Positions 1 through 8,432 of a stretch of 25,799 bases of DNA are shown here, one piece after another. The first letter of the stretch is position 1; the number at the start of each line of letters is the position of its first letter. Source of the DNA: a virus (taxonomy: Duplodnaviria > Caudoviricetes). The DNA is taken from IMG/VR virus record IMGVR_UViG_3300038312_000375, positions 1 to 25,799 of that record; one strand, given 5' to 3'. The notes under the pieces are model-generated. The model did not search any database. It was given only the letters and a program-made list of their open reading frames with translations, and was not told the origin of the DNA. The position numbers were made by a program, and so were the translations under genes.

Positions 1-39
1 AAGGTTCTGCTCGGTGATTTTCCATTCAATTTCACTCAT
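1..39 (-). CDS. Hypothetical protein, N-terminus only (MSEIEWKITEQNL...), runs off the window
   Basis: ATG at 39 overlaps the end of the upstream gene, GGGAG lies just upstream, and the frame is open to the window edge. Confidence 0.5.
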   Translation of the reverse strand, partial: MSEIEWKITEQNL

Positions 40-472
40 TGTCATGCTCCCGTAAAACGTCCTCGACCAGCCGCCAGCCGTGCGGCTGATATGTGGAATC
101 CACATACCATTTGCCGTCACGAAAAAGATACACATATTCCGCCCAGAACCGGTCGGCGGCTTTTGCCAGCATTTCGTCGGCATTCGGCCAGATGGTCGGC
201 GGGCGCAATTCTTCGCCGCGATCCCGATGATAGGCGATGCAGACATCCGGGAGCGGATTTTCATAATCGTGTTTTTCGCCGGGGTCAGGGGCAAGACGTT
301 CGCCAAGCGCGGACAGAAACCCCAGCGCCAGCAGGGCTTCCGCCTGTTCCAAGGTTTTGTAATGGTCAAGCAAAATCCGGCCTGCGCCGGACGGGTAGCA
401 ATCGTGATGACAATAGCTGCTTATGCAAGTTTTATCGGTTTTCTCAATCGCAATCAATCCTCTTGTGGACAT
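32..472 (-). CDS. Conserved phage hypothetical protein
   Basis: MSTRGLI...SYCHHDCYP...EYVYLF...W pattern resembles a common phage family (M-S/G-TR...Y-x-H-x-D-G-Y-P); lies in the operon. Confidence 0.75.
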   Translation of the reverse strand: MSTRGLIAIEKTDKTCISSYCHHDCYPSGAGRILLDHYKTLEQAEALLALGFLSALGERLAPDPGEKHDYENPLPDVCIAYHRDRGEELRPPTIWPNADEMLAKAADRFWAEYVYLFRDGKWYVDSTYQPHGWRLVEDVLREHDNE

Positions 473-825
473 GATATTTCCTCTTGTTTTCGGGTTATGA
501 ACTCTTCAATCCGGTTCCAGTCGATTTCACAGAGCGCGTTGCGGTCGTCGATATACACGTCCGCGCCGACTTTTCGGGGATCGGTTCCCCATTCGGCAAT
601 CTGTTTTTCGCTGTGACAGTTTACGCAGTCGGGCGTGAATCCATGGTCGGCGAGCCAGAGAAGCGCGTCGTTCAACACTTTTCCCTCGCGGCACGTCCAT
701 AAAATGACCGTGTGTCCGGCTGACTGAAAACGGGTCAGAACGTCCACCGCGCCGGGTATTTCCCCGTGTATTTCCGGGAATGTCGTCCGGGCGATGGTGT
801 TGTCAAAATCAACGGCGATTATCAT
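454..825 (-). CDS. HAD-superfamily hydrolase (BT0820-like)
   Basis: Motif I IIAVDFDNTI, motif II LWTCR, K..AD.YIDDR motifs III/IV; GGAGG RBS. Confidence 0.85.
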   Translation of the reverse strand: MIIAVDFDNTIARTTFPEIHGEIPGAVDVLTRFQSAGHTVILWTCREGKVLNDALLWLADHGFTPDCVNCHSEKQIAEWGTDPRKVGADVYIDDRNALCEIDWNRIEEFITRKQEEISCPQED

Positions 826-843
826 CGGGTATCGCCTCCTTTC

Positions 844-2706
844 CTAAAATGGGATCTCGTCCAAGTCATCCTGCGCCACGCCGAGGTCGGCGGGACTGTT
901 TGACGGCGGATCGAACTCGGAATCAATTTCCCTTGAATCGTCGCCCGGCTCACGCATGACGGGACGCTCTTTTAAACGCCAGCCGGTAATCCGGTCGAAT
1001 TTCTCGCCCGCGACCGTTTTGACGGTGATTGATTCCGGTTCGGCCAGAAGCCCCTCGTTGGCCAGCGAAACGGCTTCCCTCGCGGTCTTCGGAACCGGAC
1101 AGCCAAGTGCCGCCCGTTCGCGCCACCACTTTTCAAACTTGCCGTGGGCGTATCCGGTGTGTTCCGGACAAACCCATTCCGATTTGAAATCGTTGAAGCC
1201 GATTTGATAATCGACGCGCATGGTTTTCGGTGGCCGAACGTCGGCTTCGGAATACTTGTTTTGATTGACGATAAAACCGTTTCTACTGTTCAGACAAGTA
1301 CCCCGCTCCCGGTCGTACCGGGCGGGATCGGCATACCGTTTTTCATGGACGGCATAATAGGTTCCCTGCACCGCATAATCCGTGTAATCCACCTGACCGG
1401 AAAGCACACCGGCGCTGGAGGCCGTCCTGGAAATATTGCTCGTTTCCGGCGGAGGAAACACATAGCCGCATTCGGGACACGCCGAATACGCAGCGTGAAT
1501 CAGCGCCAAACATTGCGGACACTTCTTCGCCGGGGCGTCGCCGCCTTTTCCTGCGCCGGGTTCTTTGACGCGGATCATATCCACCGGCCCGTGCCGGAGA
1601 ATGTTGCCGCCATAATCCAACACAAGGCAATTTTGCTTGGAGGTTTCGGGACTGAGCCGGGTTCCGCGCCCGATCATTTGCACCAGAAGTCCGGCGCTGT
1701 TGGTCGGGCGAAGCAGCACGACGCAATCCGTGTTCGGACTGTCAAATCCTGTGGTAAGCACATTCACGTTACAGAGAAATTTCAAAGGCGGCTTCGGCGT
1801 TCCAAAGAGATCCGCCGGAATGATTTTGCCCTTAAAACGGTCGATAATCTCGGCGCGTTCGCTTTGGTTGGTGTCGCCGGTTACAATCGCGCATTCCCTG
1901 CCGGAAAACGCGGCGATCTTCTCCGCCACATGCTTGCAATGGTCAACGCTGGTGGTAAAGATCAGCACGGCTTTGCGGTCGCGGGTCAGTTCGACGATTT
2001 CACGGCAGGCGGAGGATACCAGTTCGTCGGTGTCCATCGCGGAAGACACTTCGTCGGCGATAAATTCCCCGCCGCGAATGCGCAAACCGTCGAGTTTCGC
2101 CTCGGCGCGTCCGGCCTTGGAAATCAATGGCGACAGATATCCGTCCGCAATCATCTCTTTCAATCCAGCCTCGTAACACACTTCGTTGAGGATGTTTTTC
2201 GGCTGGCAGATGAGTCCGCCCTTGAGCCGGAATGGTGTCGCGGTAAGCCCGATCACCCGGACGTGCGGATTGATGACCTTCATATCTTTGAGGAACGATT
2301 TATACATGGAATCATCGGAATCGCTATTTATGAGGTGGCACTCATCGATAATTATGAGGTCGAATGAGTTCAACTCACATGCCTTGTCGTAAACCGATTG
2401 AATTCCTGCCACAATGACTTTTTCTTCCGTATCCCGGCTCTTCAATCCGGCAGAGAAAATCCCGATGGGGATGTCGGGACAAAATGCTTTGATTTTTCCT
2501 GCGTTCTGTTCCAGCAACTCCTTCACATGAGCAAGGATCAGCACACGCCCATTCCACTTTGTTACGGCATCGGATGCTATCATCGCCAGCACCACGGCCT
2601 TGCCCGTGCCTGTTGGCAGTACCACACACGGGTTGTTTTCTTTTGTGCGGAGATGCTCATAAACAGCCTCAACCGCAGCGGTCTGATACGGTCGAGGAAC
2701 AATCAT
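844..2706 (-). CDS. SF2 DEAD/DEAH-box helicase (RadD/YejH-like) with C-terminal Zn finger
   Basis: RPYQ, Walker A PTGTGK, DECH, TATP, LTTGFD, QMIGRGTR, CxxC-x10-CxxC and a DEIPF tail. Start placed at ATG 2706 because of a GGAGG RBS. Confidence 0.93.
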   Translation of the reverse strand: MIVPRPYQTAAVEAVYEHLRTKENNPCVVLPTGTGKAVVLAMIASDAVTKWNGRVLILAHVKELLEQNAGKIKAFCPDIPIGIFSAGLKSRDTEEKVIVAGIQSVYDKACELNSFDLIIIDECHLINSDSDDSMYKSFLKDMKVINPHVRVIGLTATPFRLKGGLICQPKNILNEVCYEAGLKEMIADGYLSPLISKAGRAEAKLDGLRIRGGEFIADEVSSAMDTDELVSSACREIVELTRDRKAVLIFTTSVDHCKHVAEKIAAFSGRECAIVTGDTNQSERAEIIDRFKGKIIPADLFGTPKPPLKFLCNVNVLTTGFDSPNTDCVVLLRPTNSAGLLVQMIGRGTRLSPETSKQNCLVLDYGGNILRHGPVDMIRVKEPGAGKGGDAPAKKCPQCLALIHAAYSACPECGYVFPPPETSNISRTASSAGVLSGQVDYTDYAVQGTYYAVHEKRYADPARYDRERGTCLNSRNGFIVNQNKYSEADVRPPKTMRVDYQIGFNDFKSEWVCPEHTGYAHGKFEKWWRERAALGCPVPKTAREAVSLANEGLLAEPESITVKTVAGEKFDRITGWRLKERPVMREPGDDSREIDSEFDPPSNSPADLGVAQDDLDEIPF

Positions 2707-2707
2707 T

Positions 2708-2935
2708 TCAGTCCTCCAAATTCCGTATTCCGGCTTTGAGCAGGTCAAATGCCAGCTGGTCTTTGATCTGTTTTAGTCGTGGCTTGTTGATGTGAAGCGT
2801 CCGGCGGATTTCGCCATCCTTATATCCATTGATATAAAGGAAGCAGACAAGCCGCATCGTGTCGTCGCGGATTTCTTTTACGAATTGCTGGACAATCTGG
2901 CAACGCCGTCCGTTGTTTTGTCTCCGTTCTTGCAT
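2708..2935 (-). CDS. Small HTH protein (sigma region 4-like)
   Basis: LYINGYKDGEIRRTLHIN helix-turn-helix-like segment; fills the gap in the operon. Confidence 0.55.
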   Translation of the reverse strand: MQERRQNNGRRCQIVQQFVKEIRDDTMRLVCFLYINGYKDGEIRRTLHINKPRLKQIKDQLAFDLLKAGIRNLED

Positions 2936-2945
2936 AAATAATCAC

Positions 2946-3524
2946 TCACCTTCCTATTGCAGCATGGAGGGCTGCATGTTCTGATCGACTTAAAACAGCA
3001 AGATTTTCAAGCCGATTGTCAAGTTTATTGCCATTGATATGATGAACGACCTCCCATTCGTAAAGTGGCCGTCCCAAATGTGTTTCCATCACCTCTCTAT
3101 GTTCCACGCGATAACGGTGTTTGTCCGTCGAATTAGGAACAGGAAGTTCTCTATAACCATGTTCATTTATATGGTATCCTTGCTTCCAATTGGGATGTTC
3201 TGCACCACGTCTTGATAAAAGGCAGCCACAGGATTGAATTGCGCCATATCTTAAACTGCCTGTTGTCACATGCGTTATTTTTCCACAGTCGCATTGGCAT
3301 TCCCATACGGTATGATTATTTCTGGAACCCGTATCACGTAAAACGGTTAGCATTCCAAATTTTTGACCTGCCAAATTCGCCTTATTGGGAGGTTTTATCC
3401 CAAGACGACTTATTGCTCGACATTTTTGGCTGCAATATGAAAGCCCATCCGAGGCGCGCAATGAATACGGCCATCGGTACAGTTCTTTCCCGCATATACA
3501 ACATTCAGTTTTGATTTTCGGCAT
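2946..3524 (-). CDS. HNH (homing-type) endonuclease with Zn-binding N-terminal modules
   Basis: EHREVMETHLGRPL..EVVHHINGNKLDNRLENL HNH motif; CxxC/YCSxxC and GQKFGMLTV..WECQCDCG..SCGC modules; more AT-rich than its neighbours. Confidence 0.88.
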   Translation of the reverse strand: MPKIKTECCICGKELYRWPYSLRASDGLSYCSQKCRAISRLGIKPPNKANLAGQKFGMLTVLRDTGSRNNHTVWECQCDCGKITHVTTGSLRYGAIQSCGCLLSRRGAEHPNWKQGYHINEHGYRELPVPNSTDKHRYRVEHREVMETHLGRPLYEWEVVHHINGNKLDNRLENLAVLSRSEHAALHAAIGR

Positions 3525-3876
3525 TTTCCATATCTTCCAATTTTACGAAACACAATCCGCCGTCTACTGGCTCGTGCATTTCAAGATAAATTCGTTTGAT
3601 TTGCCAATCATCTTTGAAAAGTCCCGCCGCTTGCAGAGTATCCAGCAGGACTTTTCCGCCAACATTGTCCAAATCCCGTCTCCGCTTGTCCGGTGGATAG
3701 AATTCCGCGCGAAGTGAAATCCTCCCCTGAAACGGACGAAAGGCGGTCTGATTCACAAGCGCGGTTACCAATTCCCGGTATCGTCGCCCGTCGCGGCTGA
3801 TCAGCACACGCGGGCCAACGTGCCGGTAATAGTGATTCACGCTGGGAGGCCACGGGAGTTCAAACTCCTGCGTCAT
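3505..3876 (-). CDS. rusA: RusA-family Holliday junction resolvase
   Basis: LPWPPSVNHYY, PPDKRRRDLDN..K..LD.L, DD.QI motifs. Confidence 0.92.
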   Translation of the reverse strand: MTQEFELPWPPSVNHYYRHVGPRVLISRDGRRYRELVTALVNQTAFRPFQGRISLRAEFYPPDKRRRDLDNVGGKVLLDTLQAAGLFKDDWQIKRIYLEMHEPVDGGLCFVKLEDMENAENQN

Positions 3877-4829
3877 TTCCCGGAACCGAACTGGAACAGG
3901 AACGGACTGTTTGACGGAACCACACCGCCGGGGGCTTTGCCGTCCCAGCGTTTTGCCGATTCCAGCTTGGCCTCGGCCTCCATCTGACGGATTTTCAGCT
4001 CGACCATCTTGGTTTGCGCTTCGGCCGCTTTGGCGAATTCCTCAGCTTTCAGACGCTCGTTTTGGGCAATGGAAAGGTCTTTTTCATTGATGATCTTTTG
4101 TGCTTCGCGCTCCTGCTCCGCCTGTTTGACGCGGGTCTCATTGACGAAAACGGCGTCAATGGTTTTCTGCACTTCCGCGTTATCATAGGACATGCCGTCC
4201 GCGATGCCTACCGAGGAAATTGTGATGCCGTATTGGGCGAAATGGGAGGTCAGTTCTTTCGAGAGATCGAGGACAATATCTTTCTTTTCCAGCTGACACT
4301 TCGAGAGATTGCGGCTGCCGAATTCACGCGCAAGCACATTCTGAATAAATCCTTTGACGTTTTTGTTCATCACGTCAGAAAGAGAATTGCCCGGATAATA
4401 ATAGAGGAATTTTGCAGCATCCTCCTCGCGGATCATGCCGGTGCAGTTGACCCCGACCGTGAAGCCGACGCTGTCCAACGATTCCACCTTGATTCCGGCT
4501 TTTTCCAGCCATTCGCGAGTGACGGGAGAGCGGTCAACCACGATCACACGGGCGAGCGGAATCCATTCGTAATCAAACCATGCGCGGCCGGTGGAGCGTT
4601 TGCGAAGCGGAATCACAATCCGCTTGGTGGCGACCTTTGCTTTTTCCAAATAGTCGATGCTCATAAACTGCGCCTGTTTCGCCTTGGTATCGCCCTCCAG
4701 CGGAACCACAAAAGCGGTCTCGTTATTCTTGACCTCAACGGCCTGTTCGGTGGGGTATGGGCCGCATCCGGTGAGGATGAAAGCGGAGATGACGGCGGCA
4801 AAAAGAATGGTAAAATGGAACTTGTTCAT
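3873..4829 (-). CDS. SPFH/band-7 domain lipoprotein
   Basis: Signal peptide with ILTGC lipobox from ATG 4829, SPFH-like core, coiled coil and a KRWDGKAP tail typical of phage SPFH proteins. Confidence 0.75.
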   Translation of the reverse strand: MNKFHFTILFAAVISAFILTGCGPYPTEQAVEVKNNETAFVVPLEGDTKAKQAQFMSIDYLEKAKVATKRIVIPLRKRSTGRAWFDYEWIPLARVIVVDRSPVTREWLEKAGIKVESLDSVGFTVGVNCTGMIREEDAAKFLYYYPGNSLSDVMNKNVKGFIQNVLAREFGSRNLSKCQLEKKDIVLDLSKELTSHFAQYGITISSVGIADGMSYDNAEVQKTIDAVFVNETRVKQAEQEREAQKIINEKDLSIAQNERLKAEEFAKAAEAQTKMVELKIRQMEAEAKLESAKRWDGKAPGGVVPSNSPFLFQFGSGK

Positions 4830-5085
4830 GTTGATTTTTCTCCCTGAAAAGATTGAAGATTCGGGCGACCAGCCAGCCGATGCAGAGCCATGTCGCGATG
4901 TTGGATACAGTATTGACGGTTTCAAGCCCGACGAGATAAAACATCCCGGTGGGAAGCGTGCCGTTGACCTGCTCGGCCAGCGTTTCCGTTCCGACGAGAT
5001 ACGGCGCGACACGCGCCGTAAACCGCGCCAGAACGACCGTCAACGCGAGAAAGAACGCGGGTGCGATGAGTTTTCGCATCGTCAT
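4735..5085 (-). CDS. Small membrane protein with two hydrophobic segments
   Basis: ATGA overlap with the DUF669 stop; two hydrophobic stretches. The 3' end overlaps the SPFH gene by 95 nt. Confidence 0.6.
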   Translation of the reverse strand: MTMRKLIAPAFFLALTVVLARFTARVAPYLVGTETLAEQVNGTLPTGMFYLVGLETVNTVSNIATWLCIGWLVARIFNLFREKNQHEQVPFYHSFCRRHLRFHPHRMRPIPHRTGR

Positions 5086-5558
5086 TTCCTCGCCCACGGC
5101 GGCGCAGAATTCGAGCCCGTCTGCGCCGGAGGAGTCGCAGGTTTCGCCGCGACCGCGCCGGAAAGCGACACGCGAGGCGCAAAGCCTTTGATTTCGTTCA
5201 CGATCTCGTCGTCCTGATTCTTGCGACAGCGGACGGTGACGGTCAGCGGCAGATTGTGGAGTTCAACGGAATCACGGGGCTGCGGCACATTGACCGCGCG
5301 ACAGATTGCGGAGAGATCCGCACGGGCGATACGGACGGCGTCGGGGTTCGCGTTTTCCAGATTGAGACGCGCCCAGAGTTTCCGGTTCTTGTATTCCCCC
5401 TCGATCACCTCGAATTCGAGCTGAAGATACTGCCCGTTGCCGTTCTTGGTGGGCTTCATTTCCGAATCGGTGATGACGGCCTGATATTTGCCCGCCGGGA
5501 TCGGGTCAAACCCGGTCGACGGTTCGACCTCGTTCGCATTGAAATTAAGAGTTGCCAT
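5082..5558 (-). CDS. DUF669 family protein (putative ssDNA-binding protein)
   Basis: FNANEVEP..FDPIPAGKY.A.I, YKNRKLW..LN, NEIKGF, flexible tail ending PPWARK. Confidence 0.85.
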   Translation of the reverse strand: MATLNFNANEVEPSTGFDPIPAGKYQAVITDSEMKPTKNGNGQYLQLEFEVIEGEYKNRKLWARLNLENANPDAVRIARADLSAICRAVNVPQPRDSVELHNLPLTVTVRCRKNQDDEIVNEIKGFAPRVSLSGAVAAKPATPPAQTGSNSAPPWARK

Positions 5559-5577
5559 GTGATGTTTTTCCTTCGTG

Positions 5578-5805
5578 TTATGCCATACAAAAGGCGTGAT
5601 GGTTGAAAGCGGTTCTGATTTTCGGCGGCTTCGGGGGCGGTTCGCTGACCGCGACCGCCGGAGCGCCGGGACACTGGATGTGTTCGTGATACTCAACAGG
5701 CGAATACTCGTCCCGGACGGCACGGTAACGCTCGCCGGGACGGATCAGCTGTCCGCAGAGATCACACGCCATCGGACGATACGCCGTCCGGATTTTTTCG
5801 TGCAT
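5578..5805 (-). CDS. Small Zn-finger-like hypothetical protein
   Basis: CDLCGQLIRPGERY...H..C pattern; lies in the operon. Confidence 0.6.
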   Translation of the reverse strand: MHEKIRTAYRPMACDLCGQLIRPGERYRAVRDEYSPVEYHEHIQCPGAPAVAVSEPPPKPPKIRTAFNHHAFCMA

Positions 5806-5932
5806 TTTTCTTCACCTCATAAACTTTGCGTTCCTTGAATTCTTCCTGCTTGCCCTTGTTCCAGTTGCTGACCGGGCGGAAATACCCGCAGACACGACTG
5901 AACACCTCGCAGATTGCGCCGCATTTACTCAT
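5762..5932 (-). CDS. Mini NrdD-like (anaerobic RNR C-terminal glycyl-radical) peptide
   Basis: CEVFSRVCGYFRPVSNWNKGKQEEFKER matches the NrdD C-terminal RxxGY motif; 56 aa from ATG 5932. Confidence 0.8.
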   Translation of the reverse strand: MSKCGAICEVFSRVCGYFRPVSNWNKGKQEEFKERKVYEVKKNARKNPDGVSSDGV

Positions 5933-6701
5933 GATTTTCACCCTCGATTTTCTGATAGGCGTCGATAAATGCCTGCCACGACAGCGGAAGTTCGGCGGGG
6001 AGCCCGTAACGGTTCTTTGCGATACAAGCCGGACTGCCGACCGTGCGGATGATACGTTCGCCGCCGTCCGCGCCAATGGGAGCGGCAATCGCCCGTTCGC
6101 CGGTGAATCCAGCATTTTCCTTGGTGACGCGGAACTTCTTGTTCGCAAACAGCACCGCATCCACCCATTCCGCGATCAGCGATGCCGCATGTTTGTGAAG
6201 TCGCGGCGTGTAGCGGTCGTAGGCGGCGTTTTCGGGGTCTTCGAAACGTTCCACCTTGGCATGGGCGACCAGAATCACCATCATGTTCCGCTTATCGCGC
6301 AACTCCTGCAACAAAGCAATGACTTTGCGCCAGTGAGTGAGCGCATGAGTGTAACCGCGACCGTAGCCGCCGTCCGCTTTTTCGATGGAACGAACTCCGT
6401 ATTCCCGGCAAACTTCTTCGAAAATCAGCCGTTCCAGCCAGTCCGCCGAATCGATCACGACCGTTTGAAAATCGTGCGGCTCGTCGCGGAGCGCGGTCAG
6501 TTCCGAAAGCACCTCCGCGACGCTGTGCGCCAGCGGAAACTTTTTACAGTTGATTTCGCCCAAGCCGTCTTCGGTCTGAACGAAGATCGCACCGGGTGCG
6601 GATGCGCCGAAGGTACTTTTTCCTACCCCTTCGCTCCCGTAAATCATGATGCGCGGCGGCTTCTGCTCTTTGCCAGTTTGAATGTTTTCCAGCATTCCCA
6701 T
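5925..6701 (-). CDS. AAA_24 / Sak4-like phage P-loop NTPase
   Basis: IYGSEGVGKST, TVVIDSADWLE, GYGRGY, ILVAH, AKNRYGLP. Confidence 0.9.
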   Translation of the reverse strand: MGMLENIQTGKEQKPPRIMIYGSEGVGKSTFGASAPGAIFVQTEDGLGEINCKKFPLAHSVAEVLSELTALRDEPHDFQTVVIDSADWLERLIFEEVCREYGVRSIEKADGGYGRGYTHALTHWRKVIALLQELRDKRNMMVILVAHAKVERFEDPENAAYDRYTPRLHKHAASLIAEWVDAVLFANKKFRVTKENAGFTGERAIAAPIGADGGERIIRTVGSPACIAKNRYGLPAELPLSWQAFIDAYQKIEGENHE

Positions 6702-6716
6702 AGTGTGTTTTCTCCT

Positions 6717-7517
6717 TCACTTGCTGATGGTTTCATGCGGCAGAATCCCATAAAGAAGCTGCCGGATTTCATTTGAAAGCGTTGTCGCCAATACTTCTTT
6801 GTTTTCATCGGAGTATTCAACGTCCGGATATTCCCGCGCCTCGCTTTCCAGACGTTTCTTTACCCAGACAACGATTTCTTTCTTTATCGTCTCTGTTCGC
6901 TCCAGCCCGATTTCCTCCGGAGACCTTTCCTCCGTAACACTTTTCCGGTGGCGGTCAGCCAGAATTTTGTTATAGGCTGCATTTACCGTCATATCTCCCG
7001 CTCCGACAGCCGCTTTGATTTCCTCCGAACCGTGATCGTTAATAGTGCGAATTTTTTCCACCTTGCCGCGGGATGTTTTCAAAAGCTTCGCGGTCTGTTC
7101 CGAGGATCGTCCGGAAACTGCCACACCTGTGGCAGTTTTGGGAGGGCGGCCTTCACTTTTGCGCTTGTCCAGTTCATGGATGCAGGAAAACATTTCCGCT
7201 TCAGTGAGATTTCTCCGGTTGCGTTGAGAAGATATGGCGTATTCCAGTGCATCCACTTCCGTTGCAAATTCCTTGGTCACAACCGGAATGTTCAGCAGTC
7301 CGGCATCTTTTGCAGCTTGAAGGCGGGTGTGTCCGTCTACCAGCGTCGATTGATGACCTGCCCACAAAACAAGCGGATGAACCATGTCGAATCCGGCGAT
7401 TTTCATGCTTTCGGCGATGGATTTCAGAACCGCAGGATCAATTTTGAACAAATCCTTGAACGGACTTGCCGTGTGCACATCCAGAATGTGCATCATAAGA
7501 ATATTGTTTTTCATCAC
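6717..7517 (-). CDS. ParB N-terminal domain protein with HTH
   Basis: LVDGHTRLQAA, SQRNRRNLT and an HTH-like SSEQTAKLLKTSRGKVEK segment. Confidence 0.85.
   Translation of the reverse strand: MMKNNILMMHILDVHTASPFKDLFKIDPAVLKSIAESMKIAGFDMVHPLVLWAGHQSTLVDGHTRLQAAKDAGLLNIPVVTKEFATEVDALEYAISSQRNRRNLTEAEMFSCIHELDKRKSEGRPPKTATGVAVSGRSSEQTAKLLKTSRGKVEKIRTINDHGSEEIKAAVGAGDMTVNAAYNKILADRHRKSVTEERSPEEIGLERTETIKKEIVVWVKKRLESEAREYPDVEYSDENKEVLATTLSNEIRQLLYGILPHETISK
7115..7138. promoter_or_regulatory. 24-bp palindrome AAACTGCCACA-CC-TGTGGCAGTTT, copy 1 (parS/operator-like)
   Basis: Perfect 11-bp arms; identical in inverted orientation to 20122-20145. Confidence 0.6.
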
Positions 7518-8404
7518 ATCACCGCAGGAAAAGATTCCGCATTTTCATCCCAATACAGGGTTGAGAGGCTCCCGCCTTTTTCAAAGGCGTTCCACGCTTT
7601 GAAGTAGAGGGCAATCTGTGTGCGGGTTTTAAGACGGGTTACCCCTCTGACCTTGGATTCGATCAGCAGATCCCGGAGTGTCATAACCGGATTTCCGTTG
7701 CAAAGATTGATGCCGGTAATCAAGCGGCGCATGAAATCATCCGCTTTCTCCGGGTTGATTTTCTTGAAAACATAATGGCAGAATCCGGCGACGGATGGTT
7801 TCAGATGGTGTTTGCATTCCAATGCAAGATTGACGCTTTGGTTGATTTCCGGCGAAAGGAACTCCGCATGCTGAAGAATCTGATCGTTATTGACGGCGTT
7901 GGTGCGATTGCCCAGACGCATCTGTTTGTCGTTAAGATCATAGATGCAGGCCAGCCGGATGATCGGCGCCAGATAATGCGCGTTGGGATACCCGTGAAGA
8001 TGAAGAACATCCCGTGCGGAGCGGGAAATTCCGCAGTCCATGGTCGGGCCGGCTTCCTTATCCAAGTTATAGGTGACATTGGAATAAATCGGAACTTTGG
8101 CAACCGTAACCGCCTTTAGACGGTTCTGTCCGTCCAAGAGAATTCCGTCTTTCCCAAAGGCGATGCTCACATTGTTGACATACCATTGTCCGGCTTTCAT
8201 CGCGGCGGCGAACCGGGCAATGCTTCTGCGGTTCATCGGCCGGTTTCTTTTATTTTTTGTACGAAGAATGTTTGCCGCAAATTCCGGGGTGATTTCTTCT
8301 ACCCGCGAAACCACATCGGCATAACATGATTTTTTGACGGCGGCACGAGATGAATTTCTGACATGGGATTTCATCCGGGACGGGGAAAGCGTGGTCGTAA
8401 GCAT
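7514..8404 (-). CDS. ParB/Srx-like N-terminal domain protein
   Basis: ITPEFA..L..N.RNRP...M..G.W....AF..DG.LLDGQNRL.A motif. Confidence 0.75.
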   Translation of the reverse strand: MLTTTLSPSRMKSHVRNSSRAAVKKSCYADVVSRVEEITPEFAANILRTKNKRNRPMNRRSIARFAAAMKAGQWYVNNVSIAFGKDGILLDGQNRLKAVTVAKVPIYSNVTYNLDKEAGPTMDCGISRSARDVLHLHGYPNAHYLAPIIRLACIYDLNDKQMRLGNRTNAVNNDQILQHAEFLSPEINQSVNLALECKHHLKPSVAGFCHYVFKKINPEKADDFMRRLITGINLCNGNPVMTLRDLLIESKVRGVTRLKTRTQIALYFKAWNAFEKGGSLSTLYWDENAESFPAVM

Positions 8405-8432
8405 AATATTTTTTCCTTATAAAGTGTTGATG

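Noticed and set aside
1233-1326. Hammerhead ribozyme or tRNA in the helicase insert
   Set aside because: Lacks the CUGAnGA core and tRNA D/T-loop signatures.
1144-2367. 407-aa plus-strand ORF and similar long antisense ORFs (4014-4847, 5826-6776, 20658-21371, 24929-25690)
   Set aside because: Shadows of well-supported genes on the opposite strand.
2633-2665. Possible self-target of the gapped NN code from the pentamer array
   Set aside because: Only the first four T-rich dinucleotides match in register. My manual scan was not exhaustive, so no target is claimed.
5088-5178. Several short GC stems at the DUF669 3' end
   Set aside because: Stems of 5-8 bp in very GC-rich Ala/Pro-coding DNA are plausible by chance.
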